From positions 6,819 through 70,818 of the forward strand of contig JBDRJY010000007.1 of NCBI GenBank assembly GCA_043814545.1: DNA of 64,000 nucleotides. The letters are read 5' to 3'. The notes beneath the pieces were generated by a model. That model saw only the letters and a list, made by a program, of their open reading frames with translations, did not search any database and was not told the DNA's origin. Numbering within the stretch: the first letter of the stretch is position 1; each line of letters opens with the position of its first letter. Positions 18,601-26,269 of this stretch are shown piece by piece. Both the position numbers and the translations under genes were made by a program. The DNA is from an archaeon (GTDB lineage Archaea > Nanobdellota > Nanobdellia > SCGC-AAA011-G17 > GW2011-AR17).

Positions 18601-19606
18601 AACCTTCATTAAAATCTACCAAGTTATCTGGGACTTCAAGCTTAATTGTTTCAATATCAGAATTATCATTTTCAATTGAAGAAATTTCTCTAACTTCTGA
18701 ATCAGTATACGAATAAATGTTCCAATCGTAAACATCAGAATCGTAATCTAAAGTATACTGTGCATTTGCGCCAACCTGACCATAACATTGGTAAACACCG
18801 TCACCGTCAAGATCTTCACAGGTAGGATCAATTTCATCAATGCGCGGACACGAAATATCTTCAGGCACACAGTCAAGGTCTAACGAATCAATACAATCAT
18901 TCTCGTCCCCTAACTCTTTTCCAGGATAACAACAATCTTGGTCACAAACAGGAAGCACGCCAGGTGTATCACTTTCAGAAATAGGATAACAACCATTATC
19001 AGGAAGATTATTTACTTGAACATCAGCGCAATCAGGATCATAATTACCAGGACAATACGTGTTACATACACCATCTTCGTCAATGTTACACCCCATTGGC
19101 ACGTCACAAAAGATAAATTCCAAATCACTACCGGCTTGAATTTCGGCGTCGTCAGGGTTAGTCATGAAATGTTGCCAGTCACCGCAAGTATGATACTCAC
19201 ACTCTTCCTCGTCGATAATTATCGCATAATCTCCAAAAGAATCAACTTCCGCATGTAAGGAAAAATAATCTTCGTCTTCAAGGTAAGAACTATCTATTTC
19301 GACCCATTCACCATTTTCATATTTGGCAAACAAAACATCACGTTTATCTTCGCACGGCACTCGATCTGTTTCATACATGTAAGGATAAGCTGCAGGCAAA
19401 ATTATTGTAAGACCATTCGGCACTTCGTCAGCTCCTGAAAAACGAAAAACATTACCAATAACAAGGTTACAATCATTATAACCAGACAAAACACAGTCAG
19501 GAATTTCTTGGATAGTATAACCTTCATTATCCGCAGTTGCATTTAAAGAAAATATTAGTAAACATAAAATTAAAAGTAAAAAAAGTTTAGCACGCAAAAC
19601 ATACAC
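15671..19606 (-). CDS. giant Cys-rich surface protein (1311 aa) with MopE-like CxDxxDNDCDGxxDE repeats and a C-terminal TM anchor
   Basis: Signal peptide, then repeats such as CNDGLDNDCDGYFDC, CNTLDDDCDGSTDEGC, CDNVDNDCDGEVDENC and CEDNIDNDCDGDTDAED. These match the Pfam 'putative metal-binding motif' (MopE-type). The C-terminus is LPWFYILVFLILLLALVYLGYIYYKKK, a TM helix plus a basic tail. Confidence 0.65.
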   Translation of the reverse strand: MYVLRAKLFLLLILCLLIFSLNATADNEGYTIQEIPDCVLSGYNDCNLVIGNVFRFSGADEVPNGLTIILPAAYPYMYETDRVPCEDKRDVLFAKYENGEWVEIDSSYLEDEDYFSLHAEVDSFGDYAIIIDEEECEYHTCGDWQHFMTNPDDAEIQAGSDLEFIFCDVPMGCNIDEDGVCNTYCPGNYDPDCADVQVNNLPDNGCYPISESDTPGVLPVCDQDCCYPGKELGDENDCIDSLDLDCVPEDISCPRIDEIDPTCEDLDGDGVYQCYGQVGANAQYTLDYDSDVYDWNIYSYTDSEVREISSIENDNSDIETIKLEVPDNLVDFNEGWIISEGVCSKEGVDPESECAINDATPFTEIGLYPSGGNYYHYEYEINKPLRRHIEFAGYCRPDCCVTQNDKDKHCYNNADYETFSSIKIRDFTVELYNGCQYQFALSSEDDSTGNKIIVNGDTEEGGFYDSFSGFEFTRSLPVKSISFDAVQPSDFNIFMKMQVYPLGGCYDEDNDGFGAFEHSECTYEQLDCDDAYPSINPYALEICDGKDNDCDEQIDEGGVCTKNLYVCGDGDVPPVNNECYNKTFCTVEMYDEDVKCSYTVESEDAGEYTSYTSWVCGEGFDCFKYNSGDFLVCAEKETFGTCEDNIDNDCDGDTDAEDSDCLGACTPGVCNLEDNTWCDDLGNQVSDNYCHVCGAQDSDCQVLCDEDDTYCESITEDPANSSGCVENACDVASDMWCHNGGWDSTDYCDTCSLYDYDDCSGYGECLAGYCDTESNSYCSFGEWVYAYYEQNCGGVDADYESCVEGSCDVGQNLYCDSNGWTTEDYCLNCGSKDYDCGTDVCSQNTCDTYAGEWCNNYKWISESYCDYTVCGRTGDPYDQDHCAETCEATEEQELTCNDGLDNDCDGYFDCTDPNCVDQEGCACTDEDTQQCGDSDIGICLYGVETCSNSGWGDCEGAVYAETEYCNTLDDDCDGSTDEGCVCTIGETKNCGTDVGACSSGVQYCDNGLWSICSGSAYSGGSDEVCDNVDNDCDGEVDENCGCSEGMNQTCGVDVGICVAGIQFCVNGSWSDCEDDIESFPEVCNDGLDNDCDGYVDNDDENCQVTDDLFPTCYDTVMNQDEEEIDCGGSICEPCESVSCNDGLRNGNEDGVDCGGSSCPSCSGVGDIDKDSDGDGLSDKYESSIGTSAYKVDSDSDGLDDSTDSMPLCPNERCDSSYGETENNCPEDCEEGFALPWFYILVFLILLLALVYLGYIYYKKKQKSQTFNTKRKLTPVNPQKLFTAKKQEFKPSKLDQQLESSFKKTSDLVKKK

Positions 19607-20189
19607 CTCCAGCTTTCATGCTTTGCCCGACTGCAATTGACCAAGACATCCCGCAAGTGTCGGTATACACGCCAGATTCCTGAGCTATACAACTACTGTC
19701 CACTTCAACAAACACACAACAATTTTGTACAAGTTCTATTTGCGCATAAAATTCAGTTAAAGACTGAGTGTTATCATTTTTGGAAATTGTAAGCTTATAA
19801 TCCATTGTAGACGAAATTAAAGTTTCATCATTACTCATGATTGTCGTAACACTGCTTAACGTACCAGTTGTTATGTCCAAATCTTCAAAAGAATCTAAAT
19901 TGATACAATCAAAAATATTATCGCGTATGTATTCCGAAACTAAAGATTCGTAACTTGCCACATGGTAAGAACCTAAATTAGTAACAGCATCTCTTAAAGT
20001 TAGTTTTAAACAAGATTCAACATGTGCGTTAACTTCCTCTACTTGTGCAGAAAAACCTAACCCAGAAATAATTTCAGTTTCAACAATATCCGAAACTAGT
20101 CCTGATCTAAACACAAAAAATAAAATGACTAACAGGATTAAAACTATGCCTAATATGATAAAAATAGTAGCTTGACCTCTTTTGTTCAT
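19587..20189 (-). CDS. small surface protein with prepilin-like (class III) signal peptide. First gene of the operon
   Basis: MNKRGQATIFIILGIVLILLVILFFVF: a short basic N-terminus ending in KRG, then Q at +1 and an uninterrupted hydrophobic helix. This fits an archaeal type IV pilin-like signal. Overlaps the next gene by 20 nt. Confidence 0.5.
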   Translation of the reverse strand: MNKRGQATIFIILGIVLILLVILFFVFRSGLVSDIVETEIISGLGFSAQVEEVNAHVESCLKLTLRDAVTNLGSYHVASYESLVSEYIRDNIFDCINLDSFEDLDITTGTLSSVTTIMSNDETLISSTMDYKLTISKNDNTQSLTEFYAQIELVQNCCVFVEVDSSCIAQESGVYTDTCGMSWSIAVGQSMKAGGVCFAC

Positions 20190-20227
20190 ACAAAAAAATT
20201 AATAGGGAATAGTATATATAAAATCTT

Positions 20228-20250
20228 CGGATTTTTGGCTTGCAACCAAT
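20228..20250 (+). promoter_or_regulatory. weak variant motif copy (CGGATTTTTGGCTTGCAACCAAT)
   Basis: Between the FMN-binding gene stop (20261) and the start of the pilin-like operon (20189). The T-run is conserved but the stem is degenerate. Confidence 0.3.
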
Positions 20251-20260
20251 ATAAAAATTA

Positions 20261-20785
20261 TTAATCCTCTTCTAAATATGTACAAGGATAAGTTTCTACC
20301 ATCTTTCTTACACCGTCTGTTACAGCTCTTGACGAAATCGTAGCACCAGTCACTGCATCTATTTTTCCACCATATTTTTTTAGCTCAAGCTCATCTTTAC
20401 TTTTCCCAACAAACTGCTCCAAAAAATAATCTTTTTCAATATTTGAACCTATGCCGGGAGTTTCCTGATGAGTTATAACATCAATCCCTGTAATTTTATT
20501 TTCCAAATCAATGCCTGCTAAAACAACAATCAGTGATGAATAACCAGGAGTTTCAACTTTTAACACTCTTCCAACTAACTGTTCATTTTTATCATAAGCA
20601 TTATAATATTTTTCTTCTTTTAAGAATGAGTCAGCAATTATTACTTTATTTAGCGATTCTTGAATTACAAGTTGCTTTTGCATCTCTATTAAGGGAGCAG
20701 TATAATCGTTAGTTAAAGCCAAAACAAACCCAGCCACAGTAGCCACTGTTGTCAAAGTTATTATAGACTTAATTAATTCACGCAT
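20261..20785 (-). CDS. FMN-binding domain protein (RnfG/NqrC-like), membrane anchored
   Basis: N-terminal TM helix. C-terminal IDAVTGATISSRAV matches the FMN_bind TGAT(I/x)(S/T)S flavin-attachment motif. Confidence 0.6.
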   Translation of the reverse strand: MRELIKSIITLTTVATVAGFVLALTNDYTAPLIEMQKQLVIQESLNKVIIADSFLKEEKYYNAYDKNEQLVGRVLKVETPGYSSLIVVLAGIDLENKITGIDVITHQETPGIGSNIEKDYFLEQFVGKSKDELELKKYGGKIDAVTGATISSRAVTDGVRKMVETYPCTYLEED

Positions 20786-20825
20786 TTCTCTTTTTCATAA
20801 AACAAAAGAAAAATATAAAATATTC

Positions 20826-20849
20826 GGTTTTTGCCTTACGGCTTAAAAG
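20826..20849 (+). promoter_or_regulatory. motif copy 2: GGTTTTTGCCTTACGGCTTAAAAG
   Basis: 24 nt 3' of the tfb stop. A TTTTATATTTTT TATA-like box starts 6 nt beyond it, about 25 nt before the ATG at 20785. Confidence 0.55.
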
Positions 20850-20872
20850 TTATAAAAAATAAAAGAAGAAAT

Positions 20873-21796
20873 TTAATCTTCGTCGTCACGAGGTTTCTTA
20901 ATCTGATCTTTCAGGTTCAACTTTCTTAACAACTCTTTGTACCTGTTCCTGATAGTAACTTCAGTAACACCTGCAATATCTGCAACTTCTCGTTGCGTAC
21001 GTTTTTCGTTGTTAATCAAAGCTGCTACGTATAACGAAGCTGCAGCAATACCTGTCGGTCCACGACCTGAAGTAAGTTCAGATGCTTGCGCCATCTCCAA
21101 AATCTCAACAGCTTTACTTTGCGTTTCAGCAGTAAGTTTTAAGGCAGATGCAAACCTCGGGATATAATCAACCGGGTTTGAAGGCAAGATTCTAATACCA
21201 AGTTCACGTGTAACAAACCTGTAAGTCCTACCAATCTCTTTCTTGTCGATACCTGAAGCTTCACTAAGCTCATCTAAGGTACGAGGAACTTCATGTCTAC
21301 GGCAAGCAGCATACAAAGCACCAGCAACAACTGATTCCATGCTACGGCCCCTAACCAATCCACGCTGTACAGCCATAGTATAAATCCGTGCAGACTCTTC
21401 CTCAACAGATTTTGGTAACTTCAAATAACTAGCAACTCGTTTCAACTCAGCTAATGCTAACTTCAAGTTACGTTCAATAGCTGTAGAAATTCTGTACTGC
21501 CATTTTCTTAACCGGAAAAACTTGTTTTTCTCTTTAGAACCTAATTTATAGATATCCTGTTTCTGACCAACATCAGTACCAAGACCTCGGTCATACTTGG
21601 TATAAGTCATCGGAGCACCAGTACGCCTTTTCTTATCACTAGAATCAGAATCAAACTCTCGCCATTCCTGGCTAAAATCAATCATTTTATCTTCAATAAC
21701 TAAACCACAATTTCGACAAATAACTTCGCCTTTCTCTTTTTGAATTATTAAATTTGGATTCCCGCATTCGGGACATTTCTTCAAAGAACCTGCCAT
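20873..21796 (-). CDS. tfb: transcription initiation factor IIB (TFB)
   Basis: N-terminal Zn ribbon CPECGNPNL..CRNCG, a B-linker and two cyclin-fold repeats. 307 aa, with no intein. Confidence 0.9.
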   Translation of the reverse strand: MAGSLKKCPECGNPNLIIQKEKGEVICRNCGLVIEDKMIDFSQEWREFDSDSSDKKRRTGAPMTYTKYDRGLGTDVGQKQDIYKLGSKEKNKFFRLRKWQYRISTAIERNLKLALAELKRVASYLKLPKSVEEESARIYTMAVQRGLVRGRSMESVVAGALYAACRRHEVPRTLDELSEASGIDKKEIGRTYRFVTRELGIRILPSNPVDYIPRFASALKLTAETQSKAVEILEMAQASELTSGRGPTGIAAASLYVAALINNEKRTQREVADIAGVTEVTIRNRYKELLRKLNLKDQIKKPRDDED

Positions 21797-21900
21797 TTTT
21801 TTTTGCCTCCAGAGGTGTTTATTTTACTTCAAAACAACAATATTTAAATACTAGATTAGAAGTAGTATATAAACCTTTCGGAAGCTTTATATAAAAAACA

Positions 21901-22281
21901 TTATTTTATTAAAACAGCGTTAATCACTCGTTCTTGACCAGGCCTAGAAGTAATCTTAGCCTTCCCTTTATCGGTCTCAATCACAGTACCTTTAGTCAAA
22001 ATGTTACGCCTAACAAAGTTCCTGTTAGCAGGGTTTTCAAGAACAGTTTTAATTTCTAACTTCTCATATTTTTTAGTATCAGGGTTAAATACGTTAGCAA
22101 TTTTTTCAGAAAGCAAACGTGATTTTTTGTTTGCACCGCGTACTCTAAGAACTCTAAATATTTTTTCGCCTAGTTTAGTTAATGTAGGTAAGTTACGAAC
22201 TTCACTAATTCTCTTCTTTCTATATCCCACATATCGTCCACCAGTAACTTTTCTTTTAGATCTTGAATTTGTTAAAGCCAT
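21901..22281 (-). CDS. rps8e: 30S ribosomal protein S8e
   Basis: MALTNSRSKRKVTGGRYVGYRKKR... is the classic S8e N-terminus (KRK.TGG.....RKKR). 126 aa. Confidence 0.85.
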   Translation of the reverse strand: MALTNSRSKRKVTGGRYVGYRKKRISEVRNLPTLTKLGEKIFRVLRVRGANKKSRLLSEKIANVFNPDTKKYEKLEIKTVLENPANRNFVRRNILTKGTVIETDKGKAKITSRPGQERVINAVLIK

Positions 22282-22436
22282 TTTATGTGTCGAAGGAAAC
22301 AGGATTGGTTTATAAACGTTTTGTTTTTGAAAAATAAACTCAAAAAACCTCTAATACAAAACGAAAACCCTAAAACGTAACATTTAAATATAGACACAAT
22401 TTCTATCCAACTTATTAAAGAGGTAAATTTGAAAAA

Positions 22437-22658
22437 ATGGAAGCAAGACCACTAGATGCATTGAATGCCGCTCGAGGCAAAAGAGTTATAGTAGAACTAA
22501 AAAATAAGACACAGTTAACTGGTATTTTGAAAGCGTTTGATATTCATATCAACACTGTTTTAGATGAAGCAGAAGAAAGAGAAAACAACGAAATCAAAAG
22601 AAAGATCGGTACTACTTTTATTCGTGGCGATACAATCATCTTAATTTCTACAGCGTAA
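22437..22658 (+). CDS. Sm-like (LSm/SmAP) RNA-binding protein
   Basis: 73 aa with Sm1 ([29 protein letters not shown]) and Sm2 (IRGDTIILI) motifs. A Shine-Dalgarno-like AGAGGT lies upstream. Confidence 0.8.
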   Translation: MEARPLDALNAARGKRVIVELKNKTQLTGILKAFDIHINTVLDEAEERENNEIKRKIGTTFIRGDTIILISTA

Positions 22659-22659
22659 A

Positions 22660-22833
22660 ATGACTAAAGGAACACCATCCATGGGTAAGAAGAGTGGAAA
22701 AGACGTCCACATCCTTTGCCGTCGATGCGGTAAAGCTAGTTACCACAAAATTCATAGTCGATGTAGTTCGTGCGGTTATGGTTCTACAGCTAAGATGCGT
22801 AAATATAATTGGAATAAGAAACTTAATCATTAA
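22660..22833 (+). CDS. rpl37e: 50S ribosomal protein L37e (57 aa; below ORF-track cutoff)
   Basis: Hand translation gives [57 protein letters not shown]. This carries the L37e C4 zinc ribbon (LCRRCG...CxxCGY). The track ORF 22648..22830(-) is the antisense artefact. Confidence 0.85.
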   Translation: MTKGTPSMGKKSGKDVHILCRRCGKASYHKIHSRCSSCGYGSTAKMRKYNWNKKLNH

Positions 22834-23636
22834 AATTCTATTCTATCCACAATTCTGCTACGATTAATTTCGCACCTATTAGGTACTTTATGAAACACTG
22901 CTTTAATCTTAGTCTTCCACCTTTCGTCCCGATAAGTTTTCTTAATCAAAGTTGCAGCAAGCTTTTTGTATTCTATAGTAGAATTAGATTTAGGCGAAAA
23001 CGAAGTTGAAGGTATATGATTTGCTAACGCAGCCAAAATATTAACATCATCAGGCAACATTGCCAAAACTGAAGCTCCTGCACAATGTTCAACTTCTTCA
23101 ATTGGAACTTCAAATTTTTTATTACGTACTTTGTTAAGAACTATGCCCACAATAGGAGTATTTTTCTTCAAAGCAATTTGGGTCGCATAAATTGTACAAC
23201 TTAAAGTAGGATAATCCGGTGTTGTCACAACAAGAATTTCATCAGATGCTGTCATTGCAGCCAACAGTTCTTCGTGCATTGATGGGCTTGAGTCAATCAA
23301 AATAATATCATAAAACGGTTTTAACGTTTCAAGCTTAGCTGAAAAATTATTCATTTTGTTAATTTTTGTCGGCGGCACCCTTGCAGGTAAAACATGTATA
23401 CCATCGTATTCGTAAATCGCATCTTGAATCTTAGCTTTACCATTAATCACATCATGAATAGTTACATCAGGCTTAACTATCCCTAAATGAATACCAAGGT
23501 TAGGAGCAGAGAAATTTGCATCTACCAAAAGAACTTTCTGACCAAAATCATGAGTCAAGACTGCGCCTAAAGCGACTACTGTTGAAGTCTTACCAACTCC
23601 ACCTTTAATAGAAATTACACCTATCGTTTTCCCCAT
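22830..23636 (-). CDS. ParA/MinD-family P-loop ATPase
   Basis: Deviant Walker [13 protein letters not shown]. 268 aa. Confidence 0.75.
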   Translation of the reverse strand: MGKTIGVISIKGGVGKTSTVVALGAVLTHDFGQKVLLVDANFSAPNLGIHLGIVKPDVTIHDVINGKAKIQDAIYEYDGIHVLPARVPPTKINKMNNFSAKLETLKPFYDIILIDSSPSMHEELLAAMTASDEILVVTTPDYPTLSCTIYATQIALKKNTPIVGIVLNKVRNKKFEVPIEEVEHCAGASVLAMLPDDVNILAALANHIPSTSFSPKSNSTIEYKKLAATLIKKTYRDERWKTKIKAVFHKVPNRCEINRSRIVDRIEF

Positions 23637-23712
23637 TACAAACCTCTACTTTATATATTGTGTTAAAAATATTTAAACTTATCGTTAATATACGTTTAAG
23701 TCTAGATAAACT

Positions 23713-23735
23713 GGTTTTTGCCTTCGGCTTTTCCG
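23713..23735 (+). promoter_or_regulatory. motif copy 3: GGTTTTTGCCTTCGGCTTTTCCG
   Basis: In the divergent ParA(-)/LAGLIDADG(+) intergenic region. Confidence 0.55.
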
Positions 23736-23792
23736 TAAATTTTCCGGTTTTTTCTAGTCAAAGTTCTTGAAGCGTAAAAACAGATTTTCTTT

Positions 23793-24416
23793 ATGTATTC
23801 AAAAGACTTGTTTTATTTAATTGGAGTAATTTATGGAGATGGACATATTAGGCATGGACCTAAATCAAAAAGTGATCCTTCACTTCATTATGGAATTGCT
23901 ATAGATATTTCTGATATTAATTTTTTAAGAGAAGAGATTCTTCCTTTATTTCAAAAATTTACTAATACTAAAGCTCAAGTAAAAATAAGAACATTTGAAA
24001 ATCGAAAAACAAGAGGTTGTTTAGTTGTAAGTTGTAAAAAATTCTATAAACTTTTAACAGAAGAAATACAAACACACAAAGGACCAAAGACAAGAGATAT
24101 AGATATTTCTCCCGTAATAAAAGCTGCTTCAATGGAATTAAAAAAAGAATTCATTGCTGGATATTTTGATACTGATGGAGGTTTTAGAGGTAAAGTTATT
24201 GGTATTACTACTAACAATAAAAAATTTCAAGAATTTTTCTATCAAACTGTAACAGAAACTGGAATTCGTTGTAGTTATGAAAAATGGTTTAACAAAAAAT
24301 ATCAAAAAGACTATTATGGTGTTAGAATAAAAATTGGCAATATCGATAAGTTTTTAAAGACCTATAGATTACGAAACTTTGAGAAGTTAGCTAAAATAAA
24401 AGCTAAATTTTCTTAA
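23793..24416 (+). CDS. free-standing double-motif LAGLIDADG homing endonuclease-like protein
   Basis: Two LAGLIDADG motifs: LFYLIGVIYGDGHI and FIAGYFDTDGGF. 207 aa. It is not embedded in an intein or in an obvious intron. Confidence 0.7.
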   Translation: MYSKDLFYLIGVIYGDGHIRHGPKSKSDPSLHYGIAIDISDINFLREEILPLFQKFTNTKAQVKIRTFENRKTRGCLVVSCKKFYKLLTEEIQTHKGPKTRDIDISPVIKAASMELKKEFIAGYFDTDGGFRGKVIGITTNNKKFQEFFYQTVTETGIRCSYEKWFNKKYQKDYYGVRIKIGNIDKFLKTYRLRNFEKLAKIKAKFS

Positions 24417-24417
24417 C

Positions 24418-24535
24418 GCGGGGGTGCCGGAGTGGTCAAACGGGCCAGAAATTAACAATAATTGTTGTTAGTTGGTCATGCTTAGGACCTGGTGGCTTAG
24501 TGCCTACGCAGGTTCGAACCCTGTCCCCCGCACCA
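24418..24535 (+). tRNA. tRNA-Leu (anticodon TAG), class II, with ~31-nt intron (24450..24480). CCA encoded
   Basis: Acceptor GCGGGGG/CCCCCGC plus ACCA. Long variable arm TGGCTTAGTGCCTAC. T-arm CAGGTTCGAACCCTG. Removing 24450-24480 gives the anticodon stem-loop CCAGA-CTTAGGA-CCTGG with U33, TAG and G37. The intron boundary can slide by about 1 nt. Confidence 0.7.
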
Positions 24536-24546
24536 TATTCTCATAA

Positions 24547-25377
24547 TCATTTCAAAGCGAGATAAGAAGCAAATATAATTAATACCCCACCAATTAAAGT
24601 AGGAATCGTTAGAACTTCAGAAAAAACTAACCATGCAAAGATTACAGCAAAAAAGATTTCTGTATAACCAATGATTGAAACAGTTGTAGCTTGCATTATT
24701 TTCAACCCTTGAAACTGTAAAGCCGGCGCTGCAAACTGATGTATCAGACCTACTATTAACAAACAACCCCAAGCCATAGGCGTGATAGTAAAAATGTTCA
24801 TAAAAAGGAACGGTGAAAATATTACAAACGTTACCAACATTTGCATGAAAAGGATTTGTTTAAAATTAAAATGTTCAAACGCTTTTTTGTAAAGAATAAA
24901 CGATATTGCATAAGATATTGCTGAACCAATTGCAAACAAGTTACCTATTGTTTCCATTGAAGAAAACGTAGGTTTACCTAAAATGAAAATCAAACCAATT
25001 GTAGCAATTACTATAGCTAAAAACGACTTCCATGTAAACTTTTCTTTCAAAAATATTAAAGATAAAACTAAAACTATTGGTGGCGCTAAATAATGTAAGA
25101 ACGCTGCATTTGAAATTGTTGTTAAATTGAAAGCAAAAAAGTATAAACTGTTATTTGCTGCACCTAAAATACCGATTAAAACTAAAAACCAAAACTTATC
25201 CTTGAATATTCCTTTAAACTCTTTAGCATTAAGCCAAATTAAAAACGCAAACGCTGAAAACAGTGAAACTGCTGACGCAATAATTATACCGTTCTGTCCA
25301 GTTAACCTAGTAAATATTCCCATAGAACCGAATATAAAATAAGAGATAAAAACAAAAAGTGGATATTTAAATTTCAT
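24547..25377 (-). CDS. EamA/DMT-family transporter
   Basis: About 10 predicted TM helices in two repeated halves. 276 aa. Confidence 0.55.
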   Translation of the reverse strand: MKFKYPLFVFISYFIFGSMGIFTRLTGQNGIIIASAVSLFSAFAFLIWLNAKEFKGIFKDKFWFLVLIGILGAANNSLYFFAFNLTTISNAAFLHYLAPPIVLVLSLIFLKEKFTWKSFLAIVIATIGLIFILGKPTFSSMETIGNLFAIGSAISYAISFILYKKAFEHFNFKQILFMQMLVTFVIFSPFLFMNIFTITPMAWGCLLIVGLIHQFAAPALQFQGLKIMQATTVSIIGYTEIFFAVIFAWLVFSEVLTIPTLIGGVLIIFASYLALK

Positions 25378-26183
25378 TGTAAAAAGTGTTTGTAAATTTC
25401 TATTACTCCTTGACCATATTCAGCTTTAGCAACATACCCTTTCTTTTCGTTAACATAATCCTTAACTTTTTCGTCTGAATTCGCAGGACACGCTACAAAC
25501 TCGGAACGTTCAAACATGTCAATATCGGAATGATACGAATCCCCTATACCTAAGGCTCGTTGTCCGTCGCGATTATAAGAATTCTTGTAAAGATAATCTA
25601 TACCTTCACCTTTACCAATATCCATTCTAATATCAATAGCAAAATCGCAGGTAACTTTTTTTATTGTATCTTGGGTTAAACCTTGTTTGATTTCATCTGA
25701 CATTTTAGTGTAAAGAAACTGGAAAACATCTTCAGCATCAATCTTCGGATCAAATTCATAAGTTAACATATAAGCATTATCTTTTCGACGCCAAATTCTG
25801 CCTTGACCAAAAACATTTTCTATATTAAAAGTATTTGAACTATCAATAAAACTTTTCAAACTAGTAAATTGACTTTGTAACTCTGGTTTAACTTCTGGTA
25901 AAAGAGGAAAAACTTTTCTAGTATTAGGCGAATAAATTACTTGCCCCATCTCTGCAACAGAATCACCGTTTATGTGTAAAGCATTAACAATATCTTGCGA
26001 CAAATGCCAAGAACGCCCTGTACAGACTGCAAAAGTCGTTTGAGGGTTAGCAAGCATAATCTTTTTCATTTCAGCAAGCTCAATTAAGTGAGGTTGTAAG
26101 TTTTGTCTGTCCAAACCGCTAGGCTTTTCAAACTTACCTATACAGCCGTCAATATCGTTCCATACTAGATTTACGTTAACCAT
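25374..26183 (-). CDS. HAD-superfamily (IIB-like) phosphatase
   Basis: Motif I WNDIDGCI (DxDG) and motif IV GIGDSYHSD (GDSxxD). Overlaps the downstream gene by 4 nt. Confidence 0.55.
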   Translation of the reverse strand: MVNVNLVWNDIDGCIGKFEKPSGLDRQNLQPHLIELAEMKKIMLANPQTTFAVCTGRSWHLSQDIVNALHINGDSVAEMGQVIYSPNTRKVFPLLPEVKPELQSQFTSLKSFIDSSNTFNIENVFGQGRIWRRKDNAYMLTYEFDPKIDAEDVFQFLYTKMSDEIKQGLTQDTIKKVTCDFAIDIRMDIGKGEGIDYLYKNSYNRDGQRALGIGDSYHSDIDMFERSEFVACPANSDEKVKDYVNEKKGYVAKAEYGQGVIEIYKHFLQ

Positions 26184-26269
26184 GTTATGATTTGGTCACA
26201 AAGTCCTTATTTATATAATTTACGAAAAGAATTAAATATCCCTAAACCTATAGATACTATATCTCTCAG

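Noticed and set aside
21797-21900. Short palindromes CCTCCAGAGG and CTTTCGGAAG upstream of tfb as additional motif copies
   Set aside because: They share the T-run/GCC flavour but not the motif's flanks or spacing. They are treated as ordinary promoter-region sequence.
22648-22830. Track ORF (60 aa, minus strand) between the LSm gene and the ParA gene
   Set aside because: The opposite strand encodes an unmistakable ribosomal protein L37e with a C4 zinc ribbon (22660..22833 +). The minus ORF is its antisense shadow.
24450-24456. Reading the tRNA-Leu with a canonical 37/38 intron, giving anticodon TTA (a UAA-reading suppressor tRNA)
   Set aside because: That loop (AATTAAC) lacks U33 and a proper closing stem. 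Sliding the intron to 24450..24480 gives a textbook CTTAGGA loop (U33, TAG, G37). A stop-codon-reading tRNA would be an extraordinary claim, and the sequence does not support it.
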